Shown here in pieces: positions 39,586-49,654 of a DNA stretch of 64,000 nucleotides. The stretch comes from a virus. The translations under genes were made by a program, and so were the position numbers. A model generated the notes under the pieces. It worked only from the letters and a program-made list of their open reading frames with translations. It ran no database searches and was not told the origin of the DNA. Location: positions 24,360 through 88,359 of the IMG/VR virus record IMGVR_UViG_3300049811_000251; one strand, written 5' to 3'. Positions within the stretch are counted from its first letter, which is position 1. The number at the start of each line of letters is the position of its first letter.

Positions 39586-40253
39586 AGTAAAACCTGCCGC
39601 TTCAATCGTGTCATTATTTCAGAAATAAGTTCTTCTTGACTCTTCTCGGACAGATTTACTCTCGAATCTTCATCATCCTTCAACCTTCTATGGTCGTTAA
39701 GAGACAGATCGAGTTTCTCGGGTTCCTTAGGAATAGCACCTATATCTGTAAGCAACTTAATTTTCATTTCTCTAATTTTTATGGCACTAGCCAAAAACTT
39801 AGCCTTAGCACCTTTCAAAACTTTAATTTCTTCTATGTTAGCTTCTACTACCGCTCCTGTTTTGCTATCAAAAGTTTTACTTTCTTTAGAAAGTTGATTT
39901 ATCTCATACAGACACACAGTTTCTAAGTTATCTAACATCATAAGTTGTTCCGCTAACAACTCAGACGCAGACTCTTTAATAAAATGCTCGTTAAACTCTT
40001 GCTTTAGCTTAGTGAACCAATTGTAAATAGTAGCTTCTGTTACTCCAAAAACTGTAGAAATACTACTAACTGGCAATCCGTCACAACGCATCTTCCAAGC
40101 TCTTGCTCTCTTACCTTCATCCGGCAAGGCTTGAAGAGTACGCTTAGCTTTTTCTTCCTCAGTTAGTGGAATCAAATTAGAAGCTCCCGCGTTAGCGGAA
40201 GCTTCTTGTTTATCAGCCCTCAGTTTTTCTATAACTGAAACAAGACTGCTCAT
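39582..40253 (-). CDS. terS: Terminase small subunit (HTH)
   Basis: RAWKMRCDGLPVSSISTVFGVTEATIYNW HTH plus coiled coil; directly upstream of TerL. Confidence 0.7.
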   Translation of the reverse strand: MSSLVSVIEKLRADKQEASANAGASNLIPLTEEEKAKRTLQALPDEGKRARAWKMRCDGLPVSSISTVFGVTEATIYNWFTKLKQEFNEHFIKESASELLAEQLMMLDNLETVCLYEINQLSKESKTFDSKTGAVVEANIEEIKVLKGAKAKFLASAIKIREMKIKLLTDIGAIPKEPEKLDLSLNDHRRLKDDEDSRVNLSEKSQEELISEIMTRLKRQVLL

Positions 40254-40272
40254 ATAGAATACTCCTGTTTCA

Positions 40273-40300
40273 ATTATACGCTATTTTTAAGCCTTGTCAA
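40273..40300 (-). promoter_or_regulatory. Sigma70-type promoter for terminase
   Basis: TTGACA-N16-TATAAT. Confidence 0.65.
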
Positions 40301-41067
40301 TCTCCCAAATCATTTTCTAATGAATGTAGGTGCTTACTTAAAGCTGGACCTACTATCTCATTAACATCCATTCCTGATTGTTGTAAGAAGTCTATCATTT
40401 CCTTTACTACTTTAGCCGTCCTTTTATCGCACAAAACTACGCAATTAGTGGACCCTTTGTAAACAAAGTGTAAATAACTTTGATCTACAGTAGCAGAGTC
40501 TCGCAAGATGTTATTGATAATATCTGTAATACCTTCTACGGCTTCCTTAGGCTTGTTTGCCTCTTCTTTCAAACCGTCAAGAAAGCTCTTATCCTTTTTA
40601 GTAGTTTCTTTAATCAAATACCTATTCATTTCATTAGAGTCGTTGAAACCAAATACTGTTGGATCAACGTCTAATGAAGGGTCTAAGTCTTTAACAATAG
40701 CCGTAAACTTAACTCGATCCAACTCTCCGTGGATAATGTTATCTCTAACTGTTTTAATCTTTTGATTTCTAACATCCTCGTGAGGATACACAACTGCTGG
40801 AATCTCAGTAAACCCGAGAAGAACAGCAGCACGATGACGGTGCTCACCTGCCCAAATTAAGTAATGAGGACAATCTTTATCCCACTCATCGTCCCACTCT
40901 TCTTTGGGAATAACGTACACTTTAATGGGGTCAGTAAAACCCTCTTCTTGAATTTTGTTTACCAACGCTGAAAACTTGTTGGAATCCATTACATTAGGAT
41001 TCCACTTGTTAGGATGACACTGATCTACGGGAAGTAAAACGGGGGCTTGAATCATTAGCTTCTCCAA
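40297..41067 (-). CDS. ParB/Srx N-terminal domain protein
   Basis: HPNKWNPNVM, IQEEGFTDPI, AGEHRHRAA (GxHR motif), DNIIHG. Confidence 0.88.
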   Translation of the reverse strand: MEKLMIQAPVLLPVDQCHPNKWNPNVMDSNKFSALVNKIQEEGFTDPIKVYVIPKEEWDDEWDKDCPHYLIWAGEHRHRAAVLLGFTEIPAVVYPHEDVRNQKIKTVRDNIIHGELDRVKFTAIVKDLDPSLDVDPTVFGFNDSNEMNRYLIKETTKKDKSFLDGLKEEANKPKEAVEGITDIINNILRDSATVDQSYLHFVYKGSTNCVVLCDKRTAKVVKEMIDFLQQSGMDVNEIVGPALSKHLHSLENDLGD

Positions 41068-41792
41068 TACTCAAGAGGAATTTGACTTCTAAAAGTAGTC
41101 CATCCTTTAAGAGGACCACAATAAGAAGCTGGAGTTAAAGAGGGAGTGCAGACGTGCTCTAAGTGTACCCAATCTTTTCTAGTTACTAAGTCAGAATATG
41201 ATTTAGTGCTATATGATTTTAAGTCTCTGCCAAACTGTACGCATCTAGACGCAGATAACTTTTTAACGTAGTCTAATCCAAGATTTAATTCATCCTTACT
41301 TATGAAGGGTAAGTGCCAGTGACCCGGCTGAATAAGCTCTGGTATAGACTCGTGTAAAACTGCGTTTATAGTATTAGCTAACAGTACAGCATGGTATTCT
41401 TCTATATTCTTGATAATCGAAATAAAATGTTGCCACTCAGTAGCCGTCATCAAAACAGTTACATACTGAAAAGGTTGAAGTAATACTCTCGTAAGTCTTT
41501 CAGAAGTTCCAATTGATTGGAGTTGATTACAGCATTCTAAAACAGCTTTGTAAGCATCACTCCAAATTTTACATGCTTTAACAGGTTCTGAAATATCGTC
41601 CCCACCATCCGTAGCTTTGAACTTTAGTGGAACAAATAATCCCGCTTCGACTCCTTGGGATTTAACAGTACGCACCCTATCTCTATGTAAAAGTACGTGA
41701 GAATGTATTATTCTGGGATAAGTTAATCTCATAGTGCATAAACGCACAGAAGATTCTGAAACAGAATCCTTTATCATTTCAACTTGAATCAC
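41055..41792 (-). CDS. Divergent ThyX (flavin-dependent thymidylate synthase)-like protein
   Basis: Phage ThyX scaffold (LTYPRIIH, RVLLQPF, TATEW.HF, S.SRC, LEHVCTP), but RHRxxSxxxxSxR is altered to LHRDRVRTVKSQG. Confidence 0.7.
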   Translation of the reverse strand: MIQVEMIKDSVSESSVRLCTMRLTYPRIIHSHVLLHRDRVRTVKSQGVEAGLFVPLKFKATDGGDDISEPVKACKIWSDAYKAVLECCNQLQSIGTSERLTRVLLQPFQYVTVLMTATEWQHFISIIKNIEEYHAVLLANTINAVLHESIPELIQPGHWHLPFISKDELNLGLDYVKKLSASRCVQFGRDLKSYSTKSYSDLVTRKDWVHLEHVCTPSLTPASYCGPLKGWTTFRSQIPLEYWRS

Positions 41793-43159
41793 GATGCTTT
41801 CTTTCTAAATAGATGTTTAGAGGTAACTAACTCATCACAAAACTTTCTTAACCAAAACACTAAATTACGTCGATTACTTGTAATTCCGTATTGAGGCAAC
41901 GCAGCATCAAACTCCATGTTTTCTAAAACTTTCGCAGCTTTTACAAACTCACTTAAACTAAACGTTGAAGGCAACTCATCCAAAACTTCCCTCAATCTAG
42001 GTTCCCAATCCTTAAACGTTCCATAAGAACCTTCAATTGACTTAGAGGCATAAGAGAGGATTCTAGTCAAAGCATACTCTATATCGTGTTTTTCAACATA
42101 CTTTTCACTAAAAGGTTTCACCATTTCTTGTGCTGCGTTATAATTATGATAGCAATACTCCAACATTTTTAACATCTCAGAACGAGAAGAGTACATAAAA
42201 GGATATTCTTTGCCAACTAATTCTATTGCCCAAGTCTTTTCTGGTAAAATAACAGGATTACCAGTGGCAATCTTCTCAGACCAGCCAAAAGAAAAGCCTT
42301 CATCCACGCTACAACTTAAAAATAGATGAGACTTGCATAAGAGTTCAACATAACCTTCGTAAGGAAGAGGTTCCAAGAACTCAACGTTAGTTAGGTGAGA
42401 TGTTACTTCAACCTGAGCCTCAGTAACACCCAATTTAATAGCTTTAGCTTGAGAATTTGGATGACTTAATACAAAAGTCTTGTAGGTAGATAACACTTCC
42501 TCCCATCTTTTGTTAGGATTAAAACGCCCTGCGAATGTAAGAGTAAACTTGTCAAATTTTTGAACGGATTGTACAACCGATTGGATTTTCTTAAGAGGAA
42601 CTCCCGCAGACTGAACTAAGCACGAAGATCGTGCCTTAGCTACAGCTAACGGACTTAAAAACTTCTTTGACATATTCAAAGCAAAATCACGCTCTCTACT
42701 TGTTAAAAATATAACTGGAAGTGTAGCGTACGCAGAAGCTCTTAATATATTTTCATAGTCCGACTCTGATTCTATTGTGCTAGTTACCCAACTGTCTAAA
42801 ACTACAACAGGAACTTTAACTCCAGGACCAGCATAAAGCATCTTTTGTAAATTAACCGCCGCTGTACTTCTAGATGTTAAAACAAAATCTACGAAGTTCT
42901 TAGACCCTAAAGGTGCAAAATTTTCTATTATGCAGGTATCAACGTGAGCTTTTCCTAAATTATAATGAAACCAACTTCGTGTTCTGTAATACTGTAAATT
43001 AGGTAACTTAAAGTCTTCTGGAATAACAGCTAAGTCTGGCACGGCCATTATACAATAATGCTCTTTCCATTGTTTAGCTATTTGAAAAAACGTAATAAAC
43101 TCAGATTCTCTAAATACTTCTTGCTTAGTACAAATAAGAGGCGTCATCAAAATACGCAT
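41789..43159 (-). CDS. GT-B fold glycosyltransferase
   Basis: LTFAGRFNPNKR, YVELLCKSHLFLSCSVDEGFSFGWSE...G.P. Confidence 0.82.
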   Translation of the reverse strand: MRILMTPLICTKQEVFRESEFITFFQIAKQWKEHYCIMAVPDLAVIPEDFKLPNLQYYRTRSWFHYNLGKAHVDTCIIENFAPLGSKNFVDFVLTSRSTAAVNLQKMLYAGPGVKVPVVVLDSWVTSTIESESDYENILRASAYATLPVIFLTSRERDFALNMSKKFLSPLAVAKARSSCLVQSAGVPLKKIQSVVQSVQKFDKFTLTFAGRFNPNKRWEEVLSTYKTFVLSHPNSQAKAIKLGVTEAQVEVTSHLTNVEFLEPLPYEGYVELLCKSHLFLSCSVDEGFSFGWSEKIATGNPVILPEKTWAIELVGKEYPFMYSSRSEMLKMLEYCYHNYNAAQEMVKPFSEKYVEKHDIEYALTRILSYASKSIEGSYGTFKDWEPRLREVLDELPSTFSLSEFVKAAKVLENMEFDAALPQYGITSNRRNLVFWLRKFCDELVTSKHLFRKKAS

Positions 43160-44494
43160 TCAACCACCTACGTAGCTAAGAAGATGATTTCCACCTTTAG
43201 ATTCCTGCAACTTCAAATACTCGTCCACTACCCAATCAGGTAAATTCCATTCTTTTTTTCTGGTTATTGAGAAGTGGGCATCCCCCACACACTCATCAAA
43301 AGATTGGTTACTGGTATCTATAGGTACAGACCAAGCACTAATAATATAACCATCAAAATCAACTTTCTTACAAAACTCCAGAGTTTCTTCATACTCCTTT
43401 TCAGAAATAGCACCTAAAAACAAATAAGCACTGACTTTTATACCGTGATTTCTAATTAAATCTACAGCTTTTCGTATATCATTTCTTCCTTGAGTTTTCT
43501 TAACACTAGACCCAAAATCCTCGCCCACATTTTCTACACCTATCTTCAAATTAGTAAGTTTTAGCCTAGAGAGAGGCTTCAAAACTTTTTCTCCGAATTT
43601 CAATACCAACTCGCACCTAGCTTCTCCAACGAAAGTACAATTAAAGTTAAACGCACTAGATGCTTCGTAAGCATCTGCTAATTCATTCAATTTTTTTGGA
43701 TTCCTTGTTAGAATTTGATCTGTATAATACAAACGTTTATACCCTAACCCTACTTTATAAGTAATATCTTCTATAATTTTATTTATAGGACACTCTTCAA
43801 ATTTATTTGACGCTACCGTATTATAGCAAAACTTACAAGGAAAAGAGCACCCACGAGAAGATTGAATATAACTTAAGTCAACCTTGTGTCCAGGATTTTC
43901 TTTGTATTGATAAAAAGAACTTCCTCTAATAGTCCAATCAATTGGACCAACATCAATCACTGTGTCACAAAGCTTCTTAGTCACTAAATTTCGCACAACT
44001 TCTGAAGTTTTATGGTTAGGTCCATTTTTTATAGTTAAACTTACCTCGGTTTGTAATTGAGGAAAAACTTGAAAATAAGTACCTATCCCAAATAAAGGAA
44101 TCTTACTTTTACTGCGAAGTAGCTTAGCTAAGGATTTAGCTATATGAGGATTATCCATCCCGACACTAGACATGAAAGTATCTCCTGACATTATTCCTAT
44201 AACGTCAGGTTTATACGCAAGAACTTCTTCAACTAACTCATGTAATATTGAATTATTTACTCCTTTAACTACGTTATCCTTAAACATCTCAGAGTTATTT
44301 ACTAAAGTTCTCCAAGTAAAATGACCCTTAGAGTTAGAGGAGTCTCCATTAACCTCTAAGGTATCTATGGAGTTTTCAGACAAAACTGATCTTAAATACC
44401 TAATTTCTGAGAACTCTTTATTGTTGTGAGAACCTGCATATCTAAAATAAGGAGGTTTTACTAAAACGCACAGCATCTTACTTCCCCATAGCAA
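43160..44494 (-). CDS. Cobalamin-binding (class B) radical SAM enzyme
   Basis: KPDVIGI B12-binding-like N-domain; SSRGCSFPCKFC (CxxxCxxC); YYTDQIL, GVEN. Confidence 0.88.
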   Translation of the reverse strand: MLWGSKMLCVLVKPPYFRYAGSHNNKEFSEIRYLRSVLSENSIDTLEVNGDSSNSKGHFTWRTLVNNSEMFKDNVVKGVNNSILHELVEEVLAYKPDVIGIMSGDTFMSSVGMDNPHIAKSLAKLLRSKSKIPLFGIGTYFQVFPQLQTEVSLTIKNGPNHKTSEVVRNLVTKKLCDTVIDVGPIDWTIRGSSFYQYKENPGHKVDLSYIQSSRGCSFPCKFCYNTVASNKFEECPINKIIEDITYKVGLGYKRLYYTDQILTRNPKKLNELADAYEASSAFNFNCTFVGEARCELVLKFGEKVLKPLSRLKLTNLKIGVENVGEDFGSSVKKTQGRNDIRKAVDLIRNHGIKVSAYLFLGAISEKEYEETLEFCKKVDFDGYIISAWSVPIDTSNQSFDECVGDAHFSITRKKEWNLPDWVVDEYLKLQESKGGNHLLSYVGG

Positions 44495-45092
44495 AAGTGG
44501 TGACGTGGTTTCTTAAATGGTTACTAATATGATAATAAGTTGGATTAAAGTTTCGCAATACTTGAAATAATTCTTCATTAGTTATAACTCGTAAATTTTC
44601 TTTATCAGGTTCTAGGGTATACTCGTTAAACAGCGTTAATACGGTAACTTGATTACAACTTTCCCACATCTTACTTAACATACCTATAAATTGATCCCAC
44701 CAATTAAAATCTTGTTGACTTATAAGACCTATGCCTACTACAGCATCCTTAGGGTCCATAGAAAATTGATTATTCTCAACTAACTCAAAAGATATATCAT
44801 CTTTAGAGTTACAGTATCTTTCTGAAGCAATTTCTATAAATTTACTCATAATGTCCACACCAGTATAACTAATACCCGGAAATTCCGTAAATAAGGGTAA
44901 AACAAAGTCACCTACTCCGCACCCCACATCCAAGACACTCTTAATAGGAAATCTCTTAAGTACATATAAAACTTCTCTAAAAGAAGAAGTTTGATTTCTT
45001 CTAGACTTATAAAGGTTTCCATCTATGGAACCATTTTTAACTATCTTTGAGTACTTATCGTGCTCAGCCTTAAACATTTCAAGTTTCTCCAT
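44478..45092 (-). CDS. Class I SAM-dependent methyltransferase
   Basis: SVLDVGCGVGD, YTGVDI. Confidence 0.9.
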   Translation of the reverse strand: MEKLEMFKAEHDKYSKIVKNGSIDGNLYKSRRNQTSSFREVLYVLKRFPIKSVLDVGCGVGDFVLPLFTEFPGISYTGVDIMSKFIEIASERYCNSKDDISFELVENNQFSMDPKDAVVGIGLISQQDFNWWDQFIGMLSKMWESCNQVTVLTLFNEYTLEPDKENLRVITNEELFQVLRNFNPTYYHISNHLRNHVTTFAMGK

Positions 45093-46251
45093 AACAAGAG
45101 TACTTTACCACCTTTATGACGTCTTTTAAGTTGTTTCTGCTCATTTTAAGATGTAAAGGTAAACAAACGTGCTTCTTAGAAAATTTTTCTACCCCATCAA
45201 GAGGATTACGAAAACCTTGATACTCTATAAACACTGGTTGAGAATAAATAGGTGTTTCGTACACACTAGCAGGTAGTTTTATAGAAAACTCTGAACACAG
45301 TTTCTTAAAGGTATTAACTGATTTAATATTTCTAAAGTAAATGGGATACTTGTAGTACGAAGTTCCACTTAAATCAAACGTAGTTACTCCATCACACTTT
45401 AGCTCTTTATCATAAACTGAAGCTAATCGAGATAATTTCTCAATAACTTCGTCAAAACAATCTAAGTAAGCTAATCCAATCAACGCTAAAAACTCAGGTA
45501 ATCTGGCAGAATGTCCAATCGAATGGATTAAAGAGTCAAAAGGATCACACTTTCCTTGATTACCAATCATCGCTAAAGAACTTAATATGTTTGAAGTCTT
45601 TTGATTACGAACAGTTCTATCAGGAGATACAATAGCTCCACCCTCAACAGTAGATAAGGGCTTACTAGCATGAAAAGAGAAAACTGTAAAATCGGCCCAA
45701 GTTCCAGATTTAACACCTTTACTACTATAACATCCAAAAGAATGAGCAGCGTCCTCCACTAAAACACAATTATACTTATCCGCTAACTTAACCAACTCAT
45801 CCGTGTTTTCTGGAATTATTCCCGCTATAGTTGGAATATGTAATATAGAAGGACTATGAACTTTTAATATACCTTCAATATGATTTAAGTCTGGCTGCAT
45901 AGTATTGGGGTCTATGTCATATAAATGTATCTGCAATCTATTTCTAAGAAAATAGAACAAAGGAGATATGTAAGTATTGCCTGAAGTTAAAATACTCGAA
46001 GGTTCTAAATACTCCCACAGTAACCAGTGGGCTGTAGTATTACTTTGAAATAACTCACAATTTACAGCTACATCAGGTCCACAAGTTTCTACTATCAACC
46101 CCTTAAATTCCAGGTATCCTTTACCTCTGATAACTTTATCTACTTGAAGTGCGTTTGACAACGCAAGTATAGCCTTAGATCGTCCCTCAGCGGACAATCT
46201 AGGTGAAGACGCGGATACACGCCCTTCGACAAAAAACTTTGGAGGAATCAC
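45079..46251 (-). CDS. DegT/DnrJ/EryC1/StrS PLP-dependent sugar aminotransferase
   Basis: LVEDAAHSFG, FSFHASKPLSTVEGGAI (Schiff-base Lys), LCLPLH-type C-terminus. Confidence 0.93.
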   Translation of the reverse strand: MIPPKFFVEGRVSASSPRLSAEGRSKAILALSNALQVDKVIRGKGYLEFKGLIVETCGPDVAVNCELFQSNTTAHWLLWEYLEPSSILTSGNTYISPLFYFLRNRLQIHLYDIDPNTMQPDLNHIEGILKVHSPSILHIPTIAGIIPENTDELVKLADKYNCVLVEDAAHSFGCYSSKGVKSGTWADFTVFSFHASKPLSTVEGGAIVSPDRTVRNQKTSNILSSLAMIGNQGKCDPFDSLIHSIGHSARLPEFLALIGLAYLDCFDEVIEKLSRLASVYDKELKCDGVTTFDLSGTSYYKYPIYFRNIKSVNTFKKLCSEFSIKLPASVYETPIYSQPVFIEYQGFRNPLDGVEKFSKKHVCLPLHLKMSRNNLKDVIKVVKYSCYGET

Positions 46252-47171
46252 GTTGAAATCCTGTAATCAAGGGTTTGCTGATATAGTTTAGTAATCTCTA
46301 TCAAATCTTGAATGACTACATCAAAATTCTCAGCAGGTCTAAATAACAATCTATTCATCTTATTGTAATTTACCTCATAATCTCTACAATCTTTATCAGG
46401 AACACCTTCAACTTCTTCTATTTTACAATTAGTATGCTTTTGAATCATTAAAGCTAATTCACGCTTAGTCATATTTCCTTGAACGCAACCGATGTTTATA
46501 ACCTCTCCTTTTAAGTTTCCTAGATTAAGTAAAGCTTGTACGTAAACTTCGCACGCATTTTCTAACGAAAAAAAGGTTCTTCTATCGTCTCCTTTGTACA
46601 AAACTATTCTACCAGTGGTTACGGCACTCCAAATCAAACTATGAGGTAGTAAGTCAAACCTCATAAAAGGACTTACTCCCATTAACGTAGCAAATCTTAA
46701 ATGAACAGCCGTATCCTGAAGTTCTCGCTCTGCTTGCTGTTTAGTAAATCCGTAGTAAGATTGTGGATTTAATTTACTGTCTTCCGAACAAATATCATCT
46801 ATCTTGCCATAAACTGAACCAGTGGACGCATTAACCACTAGCACGTCCTTTCTTTTTGCTAAAGAGGCGATAGCTGCTGATCCACGTACATTAACGTTAT
46901 ATGCGGTAGTCTCGTCTTCCGCACAACGAGGATAACCTACTACAGCCGCTAAATGAACAATGGCATCGAAATCTTCTTTCTCCAATACATCAACACAGTG
47001 AGTAGCTACGTTTCCCGTTATAAGTTTGGCACCTTTGTAAGCAAGCCAAAGGGCCTTAGAAATACCGTAAGAGAAGGTATCAAAAATGATAACCTCGAAT
47101 CCCGCATCAAGAAGGTAGTCAGCTAGAGCACTACCTACATAACCAGCCCCACCTGTAATTAAAACACGCAT
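46248..47171 (-). CDS. NAD-dependent NDP-sugar epimerase/dehydratase
   Basis: VLITGGAGYVG, VHLAA, STGSVYG, YGFTK. Confidence 0.92.
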   Translation of the reverse strand: MRVLITGGAGYVGSALADYLLDAGFEVIIFDTFSYGISKALWLAYKGAKLITGNVATHCVDVLEKEDFDAIVHLAAVVGYPRCAEDETTAYNVNVRGSAAIASLAKRKDVLVVNASTGSVYGKIDDICSEDSKLNPQSYYGFTKQQAERELQDTAVHLRFATLMGVSPFMRFDLLPHSLIWSAVTTGRIVLYKGDDRRTFFSLENACEVYVQALLNLGNLKGEVINIGCVQGNMTKRELALMIQKHTNCKIEEVEGVPDKDCRDYEVNYNKMNRLLFRPAENFDVVIQDLIEITKLYQQTLDYRIST

Positions 47172-47854
47172 TCTTTAACTCCTAAATCAAGAGTGGTCCC
47201 CAACTTCGTATCGAGATTGTACTTATGTAAGAAGTAGATATAAAAACTAACTTCTTGAGGAGTCCTATAAAATAAGTTTTCTCTTTTAGGGTTTCCAGGA
47301 GTATCAACTCTTCCTGGATATAAAAAAGATACCGTTATTTTACAGTTTCTATACTGTTCTTTTATAGAACGCAACCCGGCTTCCATAGCCGCCTTAGATA
47401 CGGCATACTCCGGGTAAGTGTTAGAACCTTTAGATAAGTAGGAAGACAGGTAAACTATCGAAACATCGCCGCCTTCACGTTTTCTAACAACTTGTTTAAG
47501 GAAGTCCAATTGATTGGAGCAGTTAATGCTAAAATGAGTATTTAAGCTTTCGCTAAAGGTGGGAATTTTCAGGTTTCTATCTATAAAACCGCAAGATAAA
47601 GTAATCTCAAGATTAGTCTCATTACAAACTAATTCATGTAAATCAATATACTGTTCTTTAGAAAAATCAGCTTCTACAAATTCACAAGCATACTGAGGAC
47701 GTGATCTACCAACTACGATAATATCTTTGAAAGCCGTGCTTTTCACCGGCTTAAACTTTGACGAAATGTAGGAATCGTAATAAGTAGGATCAATCAAATA
47801 CCTCAGATAAGCTAACCCTATTCCAGAAGAAGCACCTGTAATTATATGTTTCAT
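47159..47854 (-). CDS. Short-chain dehydrogenase/reductase
   Basis: IITGASSGIG, YAVSK, PGRVDT. Confidence 0.88.
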   Translation of the reverse strand: MKHIITGASSGIGLAYLRYLIDPTYYDSYISSKFKPVKSTAFKDIIVVGRSRPQYACEFVEADFSKEQYIDLHELVCNETNLEITLSCGFIDRNLKIPTFSESLNTHFSINCSNQLDFLKQVVRKREGGDVSIVYLSSYLSKGSNTYPEYAVSKAAMEAGLRSIKEQYRNCKITVSFLYPGRVDTPGNPKRENLFYRTPQEVSFYIYFLHKYNLDTKLGTTLDLGVKECVF

Positions 47855-48249
47855 ACTTCAACCTTTGTAATTGGAGCCTTACAATCATCCCACTTTTTAG
47901 TAAGTAGTGCAACTAAAGCACAGTCTTCTAGTGGTACTAAAGTATGAGCACACCCTGGAGGAAAGCAAACACACTCCCCAGGCCCTAACATCAAAAAGTC
48001 AGAATCTTCCCAAGCCTTACCTTCAGACAACTCAACGTAGATAACAGACCCTTTAACAACTAAAATATACTCAGTAAACTCTTCGTGAAAATGAAATCCT
48101 CGTTTACTGGTTTTATTTGTAACTATGTAATTAAATTCCAGTATAGCTTCTTTTGGAACATACGTAAATATCCCTCCTCTACCATCTAACACTGTGTTCA
48201 AATTAGAAGTAGGAACAACTTTGTACATCTTCATGTTAATCTGCTCCAC
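47851..48249 (-). CDS. Cupin sugar isomerase/epimerase (RmlC/FdtA-like)
   Basis: DGRG, KRGFHFH...E, PPGCAH. Confidence 0.8.
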   Translation of the reverse strand: MEQINMKMYKVVPTSNLNTVLDGRGGIFTYVPKEAILEFNYIVTNKTSKRGFHFHEEFTEYILVVKGSVIYVELSEGKAWEDSDFLMLGPGECVCFPPGCAHTLVPLEDCALVALLTKKWDDCKAPITKVEV

Positions 48250-49043
48250 TGATCTAGGATGTACAACGAACTCTGAAACAAGTTAATAGCAGGACATTCT
48301 ACCGAATTTGATCTATAGATAAAATTTTGAAAAACCGCCTCATAAATTGGCAAAGTAGTTCGAGAAAAGGGCCTATCAAAAACAACACCTTTTTCACAAT
48401 CTATAACTAGATTACTATACTCCAAATGATCGGACGCTGAACAAAACCAGATAGTCTTTCCAGTAGATACCCTAATTAACCCTTTATACCAATCTACCAT
48501 AGTAACTACTGGTACTCTATTGTCACTGTTATTTAATATACTAGCTGCGGCAACCATAGCCGGATAAACTCCAACTTCAAATATAATATCGTGTCGGCTA
48601 AACTTATTTTCAAACTTGTATAAAGCATAACCTACTGAGTTAATCTTTACTATATCATTCCAGTCAGCCGTGTAAAAAGGCTGAAAAACCATCCCTAACT
48701 TCACACCATTAGCTCTGGCAGCATTTTTTAGAGAAAGCAGTTGAGTATGATTAGTCACTAACGACTTTTCACACAATACGTTTTTCTTAGCATTCAGAAG
48801 TTCTATGCAATATTCGTAATGACTGTCTATAGTAGTACAAACATATACATCTGTAATTAACGAATCTTTAAGTAATTCCTGAAAACTAACAGGAGAAATA
48901 ACAGAGTCGCCTAGCTTAAAAGGAGTTACATCCCTAGATACGGGTAAATAAGAGTGACCTTGAAATACTTTGTGAATTTTTCTAACAAAATGACTAGACC
49001 TAGGAGAAAGCACAGCCCACTTGGTATCTAAAAAGTCAATCAT
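48231..49043 (-). CDS. Gfo/Idh/MocA-family oxidoreductase
   Basis: VYVCTTIDSH...KNVLCEKSL. Confidence 0.8.
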   Translation of the reverse strand: MIDFLDTKWAVLSPRSSHFVRKIHKVFQGHSYLPVSRDVTPFKLGDSVISPVSFQELLKDSLITDVYVCTTIDSHYEYCIELLNAKKNVLCEKSLVTNHTQLLSLKNAARANGVKLGMVFQPFYTADWNDIVKINSVGYALYKFENKFSRHDIIFEVGVYPAMVAAASILNNSDNRVPVVTMVDWYKGLIRVSTGKTIWFCSASDHLEYSNLVIDCEKGVVFDRPFSRTTLPIYEAVFQNFIYRSNSVECPAINLFQSSLYILDQWSRLT

Positions 49044-49654
49044 GTGGAGTCTCCAAGGTCCAACAGATTGGATCGACCTGAACTCTCAAACTCTACTACT
49101 AATTTCTTAACGTATTCCGAAATCTTTTCTGTAGTTCCCAATCTATTTAAGGTAGGAATCTCCAATACAGTTCCTTTTAAGGTAACTGGATATAATTCCC
49201 AATACTCTTGAACTACAGTCTTAACTAAACGATTTCCAATAAACTTGGAAAACGCAGACTTCTTAAAGTCTTCCTGAAAAGATGAAAATACTGCAAAACT
49301 AGACCACTTCAAAACCTTAAACTTGATTAGTTCAGACACAAAATGTAGAGGTTCCAAAACTTTTAACCTAATCTGCTCTGAAGCTTGGGCCGCCGGCCAC
49401 GACTTCGATCCTGTTCTATAAGGATCAGATAAATCCATAAAACCGTCAAATCTAGTCTTACTTTTTAAGCATTCCGAGATAAACCTGTATAAGGAACTAG
49501 GGTCTTCGTAAGACCCTATTTTTATCTTTGATGCGTTTTTACAAGTTGGAACTCTACCATTCCCCAATAAGTGAACATCTACTCCAGCTTCTGTTAGAAG
49601 AGAGTAAACAGCGTTGACTACGCTAGAAGGAGTATAAGTAATCAAGACTACCAT
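49040..49654 (-). CDS. Degenerate SDR-like Rossmann protein
   Basis: VVLIT...VVNAVYSLL..AGVDV start and SKFIG near the expected YxxxK position; catalytic motifs eroded. Confidence 0.45.
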   Translation of the reverse strand: MVVLITYTPSSVVNAVYSLLTEAGVDVHLLGNGRVPTCKNASKIKIGSYEDPSSLYRFISECLKSKTRFDGFMDLSDPYRTGSKSWPAAQASEQIRLKVLEPLHFVSELIKFKVLKWSSFAVFSSFQEDFKKSAFSKFIGNRLVKTVVQEYWELYPVTLKGTVLEIPTLNRLGTTEKISEYVKKLVVEFESSGRSNLLDLGDST

